From Acidobacteriota bacterium (GTDB lineage Bacteria; Acidobacteriota; UBA890; WLXD01): 64,000 nt of DNA. The notes under the pieces are model-generated. The model was not told where the DNA came from. It searched no databases and saw nothing but the letters and a program-made list of their open reading frames with translations. Shown here piece by piece: positions 20,533 through 31,319 of the stretch. A program made the position numbers and the translations under genes. The stretch is from the NCBI GenBank assembly GCA_965205505.1, contig CBDBHB010000009.1, positions 128,001-192,000 on the forward strand. Direction: 5' to 3'. Each line of letters starts with the position of its first letter. Position 1 is the stretch's first letter.

Positions 20533-21494
20533 GCAAAGGGCGATCGGGACTGGTTCGGTTCGGCATCTCGATCGTAATCACCGTTGTCCTCGTGCGGTGG
20601 CTGCTGGGCGATCTCGGGATCGGGGCGGTTGTCGAGGCGATCCGAGGCGCTTGGTTGCCGGGGCTGGCCCTGGGGCTGGTGGTCTTCTGGCTGATGATCG
20701 CCTTTCGGGTCATGCGCTATCGGGCGCTGCTGCAGGAGCGCGTGCCGCTCGGGGCGCTGACGTTGATCACGGTTGTCCGCGGTATGGTTGCCGACCTTCT
20801 CCCGGCCCGCATCGGCACACTGGTCTACGTCTGGCTGGTTACGACGCGCGCCGGTGTGCCGCTGCCCGACGCGCTCAGCTCGTTCTTCTTGGCGCTGGTG
20901 CTCGACATGATCGTCATCGCACCGATGCTGCTGTTGGCGCTGGCGGTGGTTGGCTTCGGCGTCGAAGCCGGTGGCATGTTGGTGGCGCTTGCCGGGATTC
21001 TTCTCGCCGTCTCGGTGGTGGCGCTAGTGCTTCTGGCGCCTGGACTACGCCTGGCCGGTCGAGTCCTGCGAGCGCAGACACTCACCGAGACCGCCGGCCA
21101 GGTTGTCCAAGTCCACCGTCGCGGTGACCTGATACCGGCTGTCCTCCTGTCGTGTGGCGTCCGCATTACCAAGTTCGGCGCCCACTACCTGATTCTGCAG
21201 TCGGTGCTAGTACCCCTGGGCATTCCATGGGGCTCGCTGGGCTTCTTCGAGTCGTTCCTGGGTGTTGCCGGCGCCGAGCTGTCGGCAATGCTTCCGGTCA
21301 GCGGCCTGGGTGCGTTCGGGACCTGGGAGGCTGCCTTCGCCCTTGGCTTCACACAGCTAGGCCTGACCCAAGATCAGGCGGTGCTCGCTGGTTTCGCCAC
21401 CCACGTGCTCACGCAGCTACACGACTATGGGTTGGGTACGTTGTGCCTGCTCGCGCTGATGCGACCTCGGCGACGCCTGGCGACCGTGCGATGA
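20529..21494 (+). CDS. lysylphosphatidylglycerol synthase TM / UPF0104 flippase-like membrane protein
   Basis: Multiple TM helices, LLPARIG, P..GLGAFGTWE. Confidence 0.8.
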   Translation: MSKGRSGLVRFGISIVITVVLVRWLLGDLGIGAVVEAIRGAWLPGLALGLVVFWLMIAFRVMRYRALLQERVPLGALTLITVVRGMVADLLPARIGTLVYVWLVTTRAGVPLPDALSSFFLALVLDMIVIAPMLLLALAVVGFGVEAGGMLVALAGILLAVSVVALVLLAPGLRLAGRVLRAQTLTETAGQVVQVHRRGDLIPAVLLSCGVRITKFGAHYLILQSVLVPLGIPWGSLGFFESFLGVAGAELSAMLPVSGLGAFGTWEAAFALGFTQLGLTQDQAVLAGFATHVLTQLHDYGLGTLCLLALMRPRRRLATVR

Positions 21495-21555
21495 CATGCG
21501 GATACAGAGAGTCGACGCTAGCAGCGGGCCGCTCGGAACCCTGATTCGAGCGACC

Positions 21556-22236
21556 TCAGGCGTTGTCCAGTCGGGCGAGGAATGCATCCGCCTCGGGCAG
21601 GTGTTCGACGGCCCACCACGGCTCGTGGTTGGCTAGCTCGTCGGCGCTGAACGGACCTGTTCCTACCGCTATCGTTCGTGCCTCGATCGCCTTGCCGCAA
21701 TCGACGTCGTGGTGCGTATCACCGATCACGTAGAGCGCTTCGATGGTGTCGCCGTGTCGTGCCTCAGCTTGCCGGCGCGCGTGCCGAGCGATGTCGCGGC
21801 GTTTGATGCCGTGGTCGGCGAACGCACCCCACTCGAAGTACTTCAGGATCCCGTGGTGGTCCAGCTTCAGCCGGGCACCTGCCTCGATGTTGCCCGTCAG
21901 GAGGGCATTCTCGACGTCGACGCGCACGGCGGCAGCTTCCAGAATCTCAGGCACGTTGGGATGGATGAAGCCGTTAGTACGGCGTTCCAACCAGTCCGGC
22001 AACAGCTCGACGTAGCGGTCGAGCAGCGAAGCCGCGAGCTCGGCAGAGTACTCGCGGCAAAGCACGTCGGTAATGGCGTCTTTGGCGATCCCACCGTCGG
22101 TCATGCCGGCCGCGTTCATGCTGCCCACGTCTACCGGGCTACCGTGCTCCTCACCAAGCGACTGCACCCACGCGTACATGCCGGCGCGGTCGGTGTTCAG
22201 GAGAGTTCCGTCGATGTCCCACAAAAGGATCTTCAT
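21556..22236 (-). CDS. HAD family hydrolase
   Basis: MKILLWDIDGTLL, LLTGN, VIGDTHHDV. Confidence 0.9.
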   Translation of the reverse strand: MKILLWDIDGTLLNTDRAGMYAWVQSLGEEHGSPVDVGSMNAAGMTDGGIAKDAITDVLCREYSAELAASLLDRYVELLPDWLERRTNGFIHPNVPEILEAAAVRVDVENALLTGNIEAGARLKLDHHGILKYFEWGAFADHGIKRRDIARHARRQAEARHGDTIEALYVIGDTHHDVDCGKAIEARTIAVGTGPFSADELANHEPWWAVEHLPEADAFLARLDNA

Positions 22237-22319
22237 TAGCCGACTCAGAGGGGAGCTGTTCCGAGGGTTCAGACGCACCCACCCCGGCTGCGTCGCGACC
22301 CGCCTGCCAGACCTAGCGC

Positions 22320-24449
22320 TTACTGGCGCGATGCATCCTCGTCGTCGTTGGCCGGAGTTTCCTTCGCCGGTCGCTCGGCCGGACTCCAATCTTGCCCGAG
22401 AACGTGCTCCTGCATCCAGCGGATCTCCTCGGCGTCGCGGCGCCGTTGGTGGCGCGGCTCACGGAACCCGTGCGGCTCGCGCGGGAAGCGCATGTACCGT
22501 ACGGGCGCCTTGCCGATGTCCTTGAGCGCCGTGAAGAACATCATGCTCTGTTGCTCGGTATCGGTGCGGTCGTTCATTCCATGGATGAGTAGCGTCGGCG
22601 TGGTCACGTTGGTCGCGTGGGTGAGTGCAGACTGGTTTCGCCATGCCTCGGGGTTTTCCCAAGGTGTTCCGCCGATGTGCCACAACCGCACATCGTTGTT
22701 GAAGCCGGGCCCGTACTCGGAGGTCCAGTCGTAAACACCCGCACCGATGCTCGCCGCCTTGAAGCGATCGGTGTGGGTGATCGTCCAGCCGCCGAGGATG
22801 CCCCCGTAGCTCCAGCCGCGTACTCCCATGCGCTCCGGGTCGGCAATTCCCTGCTCGATCAGCGCGTCGACTCCGGTCATCAGGTCCTGGAAATCGCCGA
22901 AGCCAATGCCATCCCCTCGCTCGAACGTGTTCCCTTCACGCAGGTAGTCGTCGTAGCAGCACGATCCGCGTACGTTGGGCGATAGAGATGCCCAGCCAAG
23001 CCCACCGTAGATGTGGTACATGGCGCGGAAGCTGTTCGAGAAGGCTCCGGCTGGGCCCCCGTGGATGTTGAGCATCAACGGAAGCGGCGTTCCTTCAACA
23101 TGACCGGGCGGCAGATGTAGCAGCCCTTCGATCTCCATGCCGTCGTTGCTCTCCCACCGAAAGAGCTTCATGTCGGCGAGCGCTAGATCGTCGAGCTGCG
23201 GGTTAGCGTCGGTCACCTGCAGCGGCTCGAAATTCTCGACCGTTCCCACGAACAGGTCGGTGGGTGAGTCGAAGTCGGTGTAGCCGTATACGAAGCGCGT
23301 TCGATCGACGGAGAACGACAGGCTTCCCACCACACCGTCGAGGTTCGTGATGCGCTCCACATCGCCCGACTCGACGTCGAGCCGGAAGATGTTCCAGCGG
23401 GTGCCTTCGGTGCCCGCGAAGAGGACGTAGCGACCATCGGGAGTCCACGCCGGGCTACGGAGCTCGCCGTCGAAGGAGCCCGAGATCTTGCGGTGCTCGG
23501 CCAGCTCCGCGTCCATCAGCCATAGCTTGGTGTTGCGATTCAGCCAACTACTGTCGTCGGCAGCCGCGTAGAGGAACTGCGAGCTGTTGGGCGCCCAGAG
23601 AACGCCGCCCTCGGGGGCGTGATTCTCGGTCAGGCGCGTCTTCTCGCCACTGACAAGGTCGAGCAAGAACAGCTCCGTCCTGTCGGCGTCATTGCGTCGA
23701 TTAGAGTAGCGAGCCGCGAGGGCGGCCCACTTCCCATCCGGAGATGGATCGAAGCTGCTGATCAGGAAGTGCTCTTCGGTGAGCTGTTCTTCCTCCCGAG
23801 ATTTCAGATCGAACGCCCAGAGGTTCGACCATTGCCCGCGGGTCTGGCCGTTGGGCCCCTCGTCGACGAAGATCGCATCGGCGCCCTTGTCCATCTCTTT
23901 GCGATCGTCCTCGGGACGCTCGTCGTCGGCGACGAAGAAGATGCGCTTCGAATCGTGCGACCAGAGATAGGTGCCCACGGACGTAGCGTGCTCGGTGAGG
24001 GCAACCGCTTCCCCGCCGCGGGTGCGCATGATGAAGAGTTGTTGCTTGGCGCTACTGCCGCCGGGGCCGCCAGCAGCCGGGCCACCGCCGCCCGGAGCGT
24101 TGGCTGCTGAGCCATCGCTGCTACTGCGCTTGAACGTCAGGTACTCGCCGTCGGGCGAGAACTTGAAGTCGCTGCCCCCGCCTTCGCCGACATACTGGAA
24201 CGCCTCGCCGCCAGTCGACGGCACCATGTACACCTTGGTCTCGTACTTGTTGTCGTCCCAGGTGAGCGTTCGCTGCGTGTACAGCACCCACTCACCGTCG
24301 GGTGATATGAGGCCGTTGGCGACATTGACCAGGTCGAGGGCGTCGTCCACGGTCATCGGGCGCGGGTCTTGGGCGGTGTCGGTGTCCTGCGCAGCCGCAC
24401 CAGCGGCGGCGAACAGTACCACGAGTACAGCAAATAGAGTCTTGCGCAT
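22320..24449 (-). CDS. S9 family peptidase (acylaminoacyl-peptidase-like), secreted
   Basis: Signal peptide, beta-propeller SPDG repeats, IHGGP, GWSYGG, D..EPHG triad. Confidence 0.92.
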   Translation of the reverse strand: MRKTLFAVLVVLFAAAGAAAQDTDTAQDPRPMTVDDALDLVNVANGLISPDGEWVLYTQRTLTWDDNKYETKVYMVPSTGGEAFQYVGEGGGSDFKFSPDGEYLTFKRSSSDGSAANAPGGGGPAAGGPGGSSAKQQLFIMRTRGGEAVALTEHATSVGTYLWSHDSKRIFFVADDERPEDDRKEMDKGADAIFVDEGPNGQTRGQWSNLWAFDLKSREEEQLTEEHFLISSFDPSPDGKWAALAARYSNRRNDADRTELFLLDLVSGEKTRLTENHAPEGGVLWAPNSSQFLYAAADDSSWLNRNTKLWLMDAELAEHRKISGSFDGELRSPAWTPDGRYVLFAGTEGTRWNIFRLDVESGDVERITNLDGVVGSLSFSVDRTRFVYGYTDFDSPTDLFVGTVENFEPLQVTDANPQLDDLALADMKLFRWESNDGMEIEGLLHLPPGHVEGTPLPLMLNIHGGPAGAFSNSFRAMYHIYGGLGWASLSPNVRGSCCYDDYLREGNTFERGDGIGFGDFQDLMTGVDALIEQGIADPERMGVRGWSYGGILGGWTITHTDRFKAASIGAGVYDWTSEYGPGFNNDVRLWHIGGTPWENPEAWRNQSALTHATNVTTPTLLIHGMNDRTDTEQQSMMFFTALKDIGKAPVRYMRFPREPHGFREPRHQRRRDAEEIRWMQEHVLGQDWSPAERPAKETPANDDEDASRQ

Positions 24450-24610
24450 GGTCTTGCCGTCGGGTTGAAGTAGAGGGGCTCGACAACGAGCTGTAGCGGC
24501 CCCAAAGTTATCATCGCGAGGACGTAAGCTCCCGGGTCAACCGGTCACAAAATGCGAAACTGTGCGGTCTGAGCAAACGCTCACAGAACCCGCCGCAGGC
24601 TCGAAACGGA

Positions 24611-26344
24611 ATGAGGGCAGTCATGCAACGAAGCACGTCGACGGGATTGTTGCTTGCGGCGCTGGCAGTACTCGGTATCAGCGGATCGGCTTCCTCCGTT
24701 CAGTCGACTGCCGACTTGGTGCTGCGGGGCGGTAGGGTCGCCACCGTCGACGCCGACTTCAGCTTCGCGGAGGCGATCGCCGTCCGCGGGCACCAGATTC
24801 TGGCCACCGGGAGCAACGAGGCGATCACCGCGTACATCGATACAAACACCGAGGTGATCGAGCTCGACGGACGGCTGGCAATCCCGGGATTCATCGAGAG
24901 CCACGGCCACTACCTCAGCTTGGGTCGCTCGAAGATGATCCTCGACCTGACCACGGTGACCTCGTGGCAGCAGATCATCGACATGGTCGGAGCAGCAGCG
25001 CGCCTGGTCGATCCCGGGGAATGGATCTTCGGCCGCGGCTGGCACCAGGAGAAGTGGGACTCGACGCCGACACCGAATGTCGATGGTGTGCCGCTGCATG
25101 ATGGACTTTCCGAGGTCACACCGGACAACCCGGTCGTTCTAGGGCACGCTAGCGGCCACGCGGCATTCGCAAACGAGCTGGCGATGACGTTGGCGGGCAT
25201 CGACAGTGCTACGGGTGACCCCGACGGCGGCACCATTGTGCGCGACGCCCAGGGCCGCGCCACCGGGTTGCTGCGAGAACGAGCTCAAGGACTAGTGAAC
25301 GGTGTCTCGCGAGCGGCCGATGCGGAGCGCACCGATGCCGAACGCGAGGCGGAGTTCCGTCGCCAGGTAGAGCTAGCCGGCGCCGAAGCGCTCAGCAAGG
25401 GGGTAACCAGCTTCCACGACGCCGGCGCCGGGTTTGCCTCCATCGATCGCTTCAGGGCCATGGCGGCTGCGGGCCACCTACCGGTCCGTCTTTACGTGAT
25501 GGTGCGCGGCCACTCGAACGAGGAGATGGATCGGATGCTGCCACAGTACCGAATCATCCCCGAGGGCAACGATTTTCTTGCGGTGCGCTCCATCAAGCGC
25601 CAGATCGACGGGGCGCTCGGCTCTCACGGTGCCTGGTTGCTAGAGAACTACGTGGACATGGACAGCCCCGGCTTGGTGCTGGAGCCGGTGGAGGACATCG
25701 AAGGCACGGCGGCGGTCGCTGCCAAGCATGGCTTCCAAGTGAACACGCACGCCATCGGCGACCGTGCGAATCGCGAGGTCCTCGACCTGTACGCGCGCAC
25801 TTTCAAGGCGGCCGGCGTCGATGGACGCGAGCTGCGGTGGCGCATCGAGCACGCGCAGCATATTCACCCCGACGACATCCCGCGCTTCGGAAGCCTCGGC
25901 GTGGTCGCTGCGATGCAGGGCGTACATGCCACCTCCGACGGACCATGGGTTCCATTGCGACTGGGTGACGAGCGTGCCAAGACCCGGACATACGTGTGGC
26001 GCGACCTCATCGACTCCGGCGCGTTGGTGACGAACGGAAGCGACGTGCCGGTCGAGGACATCGATCCGATCGCTAGTTACTATGCCTCGGTTACGCGCAT
26101 CATGGCCGACGGCGCCGCTTTCTACCCGGAGCAGCGCATGACCCGCGAGGAGGCGTTGCGCTCCTACACCATCAACAGTGCGTACGCCGCGTTCGAGGAG
26201 CACCTCAAGGGGTCACTAGAGCCTGGCAAGCTGGCCGACATCGTGGTTCTCTCGCAGGATATTCTCGAGGTTCCAGCGGATCGGATCCTCGCTACCCGCG
26301 TCGACCTGACCATCCTGGGCGGCGAGGTGCGCTATCGACGCTAG
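24611..26344 (+). CDS. amidohydrolase (YtcJ-like, amidohydro_3)
   Basis: PGFIESHGH, HAIGD, RIEHAQH, GSDVPV, GSLEPGKLAD; signal peptide. Confidence 0.9.
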   Translation: MRAVMQRSTSTGLLLAALAVLGISGSASSVQSTADLVLRGGRVATVDADFSFAEAIAVRGHQILATGSNEAITAYIDTNTEVIELDGRLAIPGFIESHGHYLSLGRSKMILDLTTVTSWQQIIDMVGAAARLVDPGEWIFGRGWHQEKWDSTPTPNVDGVPLHDGLSEVTPDNPVVLGHASGHAAFANELAMTLAGIDSATGDPDGGTIVRDAQGRATGLLRERAQGLVNGVSRAADAERTDAEREAEFRRQVELAGAEALSKGVTSFHDAGAGFASIDRFRAMAAAGHLPVRLYVMVRGHSNEEMDRMLPQYRIIPEGNDFLAVRSIKRQIDGALGSHGAWLLENYVDMDSPGLVLEPVEDIEGTAAVAAKHGFQVNTHAIGDRANREVLDLYARTFKAAGVDGRELRWRIEHAQHIHPDDIPRFGSLGVVAAMQGVHATSDGPWVPLRLGDERAKTRTYVWRDLIDSGALVTNGSDVPVEDIDPIASYYASVTRIMADGAAFYPEQRMTREEALRSYTINSAYAAFEEHLKGSLEPGKLADIVVLSQDILEVPADRILATRVDLTILGGEVRYRR

Positions 26345-26556
26345 CGTCGGATATCGCTTTGGCGGTGGGCTGCTCCGCCGGCCGCGAAGATAACCACCTC
26401 GGAGGCCAGCTGCCCGCCCGCCCGTCTTTTCTGGAGCCGTTCCGGCGGAGACGGCGCCGGGTGCTCGCTGTTGACTCTTGGACACGCCGCGAGCGACGAT
26501 GCGCGTAGCGTGACCCGCATAGGCGCGTGTCCTGACCTGCATATCGAGGAACACTT

Positions 26557-27843
26557 GTGAGAGCTGCCACAACCAAATGCGGGCGTACGGCAGGCCTCGG
26601 CCTGGCTGCGATGATCTTGGTCACCACGGCGGCGTGCGCGGTAACTTCCGGTGACTCGGGCGATGTTGTTCTGCTGCTCGATGCGCCACGACCTCTGGCG
26701 GTTCCGGAAGTGCTACGCGGGAGCGGCGAGGCGAATCTCTTCGCCGCTGACGGACAGCTGCATATGAGCTGGCTGGAGCCGCAGCCGGACGACGAGTGGG
26801 CGTTGCGTTTCTCGACGCTGACCGGCGAATCATGGTCGCAGGCGCGTACGGTGGCCAGCAGCCGCGACTTCTTCGTCAACTGGGCCGACTTCCCGTCGCT
26901 CATCGCGACGCCGGGTGGAGAATTGGTGGCCCACTGGATGGAGAGCAGCGGCGAGGGGACCTATGCCTACGACGTGCGGCTGAGTCGCTCGCTGGATGGC
27001 GGCGAGACTTGGTCGGAGTCGTTCCGCCCGCACGAGGATGGCACCCAGACCGAGCATGGCTTCGTTTCTCTGGTTCCGGAGCCAGATAGTGGCTTTACGG
27101 CGGTCTGGCTCGATGGCCGCAACTCTGCGTCAGCCTCCGATCAGTCCAGTGCGGAGATGACGCTGCGGTCACGTCGTTACGGTGGTGATGGCCAAGCGGA
27201 TCCCGAGCAACTGCTCGACACACGGATCTGCGATTGCTGCCAAACTTCGGCCGTATACATAGGCGACACGCTCATGGTCGCCTACCGCGACCGTTCCTCG
27301 GAGGAGGTGCGTGACGTCTCCGTAGTAACGCGTGATTCGACCGGCTGGAGCGAGCCGGTCGCCGTCGGCGACGACCAGTGGATGATCCCCGGCTGTCCGG
27401 TCAACGGGCCTTCGGTAGCCGCGCAAGGTGATCTGGGGGCGGTCGCATGGTTCGGGCTGGTTGCCGGCACACCGGAAGTGAAGGTGGCCTTCACCGACGA
27501 CTATGGAACGAGCTTCAGTCCGCCGGTGCTGGTGGAGCGCGGCACCGCCGAAGCGGCCACGCTTGGCCGTGTCGATCTGGAGTGGATCAATACCGACACC
27601 GTTATCGTCTCATGGCTCACCGCCCACGGAGCCGACGCCGAGATCCGTTATCGGACGGTAGATATCGATGGTGCGGTGGGTGCTGTCAACGTGCTTGCGG
27701 AGACCAGCCCGAGCCGGTCCAGTGGTTTCCCGCGAATGGCTCGCGCAGGCGAGCGAGTGATCTTCGTCTGGAGGCAATTGGATGAGCCAGCGACGCTTCA
27801 GATGGCCGCTATTGCTCTCCGTTCACCAGCTGTTGGTAACTAG
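26557..27843 (+). CDS. BNR/Asp-box beta-propeller (sialidase-like) lipoprotein with Cys motifs
   Basis: FFVNWADFP, SLDGGETW, ICDCCQT, GCPVNGP, TDDYGTSF, SSGFPRM; TAAC lipobox. Confidence 0.8.
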   Translation: MRAATTKCGRTAGLGLAAMILVTTAACAVTSGDSGDVVLLLDAPRPLAVPEVLRGSGEANLFAADGQLHMSWLEPQPDDEWALRFSTLTGESWSQARTVASSRDFFVNWADFPSLIATPGGELVAHWMESSGEGTYAYDVRLSRSLDGGETWSESFRPHEDGTQTEHGFVSLVPEPDSGFTAVWLDGRNSASASDQSSAEMTLRSRRYGGDGQADPEQLLDTRICDCCQTSAVYIGDTLMVAYRDRSSEEVRDVSVVTRDSTGWSEPVAVGDDQWMIPGCPVNGPSVAAQGDLGAVAWFGLVAGTPEVKVAFTDDYGTSFSPPVLVERGTAEAATLGRVDLEWINTDTVIVSWLTAHGADAEIRYRTVDIDGAVGAVNVLAETSPSRSSGFPRMARAGERVIFVWRQLDEPATLQMAAIALRSPAVGN

Positions 27844-28229
27844 TGCTCCGACTCCTGGTTGTTGCAGCAATTTCGCTGGCGCCGGTCGCCACCGCATCAT
27901 CCCCGTGCTTGATGGGCGCATCGGACGATGGGGATCGATTGCGGATGCACTCGCATCGCGAGTCTGACGTGACCCAGGATTCGAGCCACGAGAGCAGCGT
28001 GGCGGACACCGGCGATGCATCGGTCGAGGGGGTTGGCGCGTCCCCCAAGAGTGAAGATCACGGACACGCTGGAGTCGGGGCCTGCGTGGCCGACTGTGCT
28101 ACACACTTTCAGGTCCCGACGGTGGTGGCCATTGGACCTACCATCGCCAATAGCGCCAGGACGCTGCTCGCGTCGGTGATCGCACCCAGCGCGCCCACAG
28201 CGGCGGTCGAGCACGTGCCGCTCGTCTGA
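27843..28229 (+). CDS. small secreted His/Cys-rich hypothetical protein
   Basis: Signal-like start, HSH, HGH..CVADC, ends EHVP; lies upstream of copper oxidase. Confidence 0.5.
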   Translation: MLRLLVVAAISLAPVATASSPCLMGASDDGDRLRMHSHRESDVTQDSSHESSVADTGDASVEGVGASPKSEDHGHAGVGACVADCATHFQVPTVVAIGPTIANSARTLLASVIAPSAPTAAVEHVPLV

Positions 28230-28399
28230 GCGTCGGCTTCCTTCAGCTCGGATCGACTAGCCGATCGGCGCGGGCGACGACCGCGCCACCCCGGGCTCAT
28301 GCGGACCGACGAGTTCTACAGGTCCATCCTCGGCCGGCAGCATTCCCGACTTCCGTCCGACCGCTCTTTCGCCTGGCACAGGCCAACACGAGTATCGAC

Positions 28400-29845
28400 A
28401 TGACCGAACACAACCGCCGATCGTTCATCGCAGGCGGTGCGCTCTCCGCCGCTGGAGTGCTCTCCGCCCGCCAGGCTCTCGGTAGACCCGAGAACCCGAC
28501 CATAGCGGGGCCGCTCGCAGGGAGGCGCGCCGATCTCGGCCCCCCTCGATCCAACGATCTCGAGCTATCTACTCGCGTGCACTCGCCAGACGTGGGCAAG
28601 TTGCCGTTTACGCGCGAAGGCGACGTGAAGGTCTTCCGCATGGTGGCCGAGGTGTGCCAGCGATCGTTTCTGCCAGGCTGGCGCTTCGATACCTGGGGCT
28701 ACAACGGCTCGACGCCCGGACCGACGATCGAGGTCGACGAGGGCGATCGGTTGCGCATCGTGGTGGAGAACCGACTCCCGGAGATCACCTCGATGCACTG
28801 GCACGGGCTCCAGGTCCCGATCGACATGGACGGCGTTCCGGGGGTGACTCAGGATCCGATCGCTCCGGGCGAGACGTTCGTCTACGAGTTCGAGGTGCAC
28901 CAGCACGGCACGTTCTTCTACCACTCGCACATGGCGATGCAGGAGATGATGGGCATGGTGGGGCTGTTCATCATCCACCCGCGGCAGCCGTATTCGCCCC
29001 CCGTGGATCGCGATTTCGGCTTCGTCCTGCAGGAGTGGGCGATTCTCCCCGACAACTCCGTGCCGAACTCGCTTGCCATGGAGTTCAACTGGCTGACCCT
29101 CAACGGGCGCTCCGGGCCGCATACCACCCCGTTGATCGTTCGACGGGGCGACCGGGTGCGGCTCCGCTTCGTCAACCTGGGCATGGACCACCATCCGATG
29201 CACCTGCATGGACACACATGGGTTACGACCGGCACGGAGGGCGGGCGGATTCCAGAGACCGCCTGGATACCTGGCAACACCGAGCTCGTGGGGGTGGCGC
29301 AGGCGCGTGACGTGGAGTTCGTCGCCGACAACCCCGGCGACTGGATGCTCCACTGCCACCTGCCGCACCACATGATGAACCACATGGCGTCGATGGTCGG
29401 TCCCATGCATACGATGGGTGGAATGGCGCCAGGCGGCAACATGGACGCCGGTATGGGCATCTCGGGCGGGGCGGCGCTATCGGATGAGAACGGCCCCTCG
29501 ATGGGTCGCGCCATCGGGTTCGGCGCCATGCGTGATCGCCCGGTCAACAACCTGCCGATGCACAGCGCTGCGCAGGGGAACACGGCGCCGCAGATGCAGC
29601 ATGGCGCCAGCACCGCGGATGCCCGTCAGGTGCCCGGCTTCCCGCAGGACCACTTCATGGCCATGGATGCGATGGTCGCCAAGCCCGAGACCCATGGCAT
29701 GCGGCCGACTTGGTCCGGGGGCTCGATGGGCATGATGACGATCCTCCGGGTTCTCGAGGCCGATCTCTACGACGAGGTCGAAGCCTTGCGGACGCGGGCC
29801 GACCTGGCTTCCGTCCCCCACGCGCCGCGCGGAGGCTCACGATGA
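28400..29845 (+). CDS. multicopper oxidase with Tat signal and Met-rich tail
   Basis: NRRSFI, MHWHG, FYHSH, HPMHLHGH, HCHLPHHMM. Confidence 0.92.
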   Translation: MTEHNRRSFIAGGALSAAGVLSARQALGRPENPTIAGPLAGRRADLGPPRSNDLELSTRVHSPDVGKLPFTREGDVKVFRMVAEVCQRSFLPGWRFDTWGYNGSTPGPTIEVDEGDRLRIVVENRLPEITSMHWHGLQVPIDMDGVPGVTQDPIAPGETFVYEFEVHQHGTFFYHSHMAMQEMMGMVGLFIIHPRQPYSPPVDRDFGFVLQEWAILPDNSVPNSLAMEFNWLTLNGRSGPHTTPLIVRRGDRVRLRFVNLGMDHHPMHLHGHTWVTTGTEGGRIPETAWIPGNTELVGVAQARDVEFVADNPGDWMLHCHLPHHMMNHMASMVGPMHTMGGMAPGGNMDAGMGISGGAALSDENGPSMGRAIGFGAMRDRPVNNLPMHSAAQGNTAPQMQHGASTADARQVPGFPQDHFMAMDAMVAKPETHGMRPTWSGGSMGMMTILRVLEADLYDEVEALRTRADLASVPHAPRGGSR

Positions 29846-31254
29846 GCGGCTGGTCGATGCGTTTCACTGCCGCGGCGTTTATCTGCGTCGCGTCTCAGAG
29901 CTTTCTCGCCAGCCCGGTGGGGGCGCAACAAGTCGCGGACTCAAATGAACGACTCGATGGGGTCTCGGCGAGTGGGGCCCGGAGTACGTCGGAGCGCGCC
30001 AGCGGCCAGGTGTTCAGCCTCGAGCGGCTCGAAGAGCTGGCGACGGCCAACAACCCGACGCTGGTCCAGGCGAAGGCCGGCATCGCTGCTGCCATAGGGC
30101 ACCGCGACCAGGCGGGTCGCTATCCCAACCCACAGATCGCGTACGTCGGTGAGGAGATCTCTTTCAAGCGTCCGGGCGACGGCAGCCAGCACATGCTGCT
30201 TCTCGAGCAACCGATCCTGCTCGGAGGGAAGCGTCGCTATCGCACCGAGCTGGCGGCCCGCTCGGAGGATCAGGCCCGCATCGAGGCCGAGGCCCAACTG
30301 CAGCGGGTGCTAACCGATGTGCGCTTGCTCTTCTACCGCGCGCTTGCAGCCGACGAGCTGCTGCGGCTCCGCGGTCAGCTGGCCGACATCGCCACGGAAG
30401 CGGTCGAGATCACTCGCCAGCTGGTCAACGTTGGTGCCGCCGCGAGGCCGGATCTTCTCGAATCGACTGTCGAGGCGCGCCGCGCCACCGTCGCGCTGTC
30501 ACGGGCGCGAACCCAGGTCGCGGCAGCACGGCGGCAGCTCGCGGCCGTCGTCGGACACCAGGAGGTGGAGATCGGGCAACTCGAGGGAGCCTTGGCGCAC
30601 GAGGCCCCCGAGCTTGCCTACGAAAGCGTCCTCGCCGATCTCTACAACCGCAGCCCGGAGCTGGCGTTCGCCCGTATGGAGATCCTGCGCACCGAGGCTC
30701 TGGTGCGCAGCGCGCAGGCCGAGGGCAAGGCGGACCTGTCCTTGATGGCGGGCGTTGGCTGGAACACCGACCGGTTCGAAGCCGGCCTCGAGACGCGGGG
30801 ATGGCAGGCTCAGGTGGGCATCAGCATCGAGTTGCCAGTCTCCGATCGCAACCAGGGCGAGATTGCCGCGGCGTTGGCGTTCAAGGATTTTGCTACCTCC
30901 GCGCTGCGCCGAATCGAGCTGTCACTTCGCTCTCGGGTGGCGACTGTGTTCGCCGAATATGACAACGCCCGTACCGTAGTCGAGGTGTACCAGGCCGAGA
31001 TCATTCCTGCCGCCGAGGAGGCGTATGCGTTGTACCGCAGCAGCTACGAGCGCATGGCGGCTTCGTACCCGCAGGTGCTGATCGCCCAGCGCAGCCTGTT
31101 CGAGGCACGCGCCGAGCATGTCCAGGGACTGGACGCCCTTTGGCACGCGGCGGTGACGATGCGAGGTCTTCTGTTGACCGACGGGCTTTCAGAGCCCGGA
31201 ACGATCAGCGCGCCGGCGATGACGACCCCAGCTGGTGTAGGTCACGAACAGTGA
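29842..31254 (+). CDS. TolC family outer-membrane efflux protein (CzcC/CusC-like)
   Basis: NNPTL..YPNP, LEQPILLGGKR, ELPVSDRNQG; ATGA overlap with oxidase. Confidence 0.88.
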   Translation: MSGWSMRFTAAAFICVASQSFLASPVGAQQVADSNERLDGVSASGARSTSERASGQVFSLERLEELATANNPTLVQAKAGIAAAIGHRDQAGRYPNPQIAYVGEEISFKRPGDGSQHMLLLEQPILLGGKRRYRTELAARSEDQARIEAEAQLQRVLTDVRLLFYRALAADELLRLRGQLADIATEAVEITRQLVNVGAAARPDLLESTVEARRATVALSRARTQVAAARRQLAAVVGHQEVEIGQLEGALAHEAPELAYESVLADLYNRSPELAFARMEILRTEALVRSAQAEGKADLSLMAGVGWNTDRFEAGLETRGWQAQVGISIELPVSDRNQGEIAAALAFKDFATSALRRIELSLRSRVATVFAEYDNARTVVEVYQAEIIPAAEEAYALYRSSYERMAASYPQVLIAQRSLFEARAEHVQGLDALWHAAVTMRGLLLTDGLSEPGTISAPAMTTPAGVGHEQ

Positions 31255-31319
31255 GGAAGGTTTGATTTCGGGGCCCCATCTCGACCCAGCAAGATGCAAC
31301 GAACCTCTGTTACACGACA

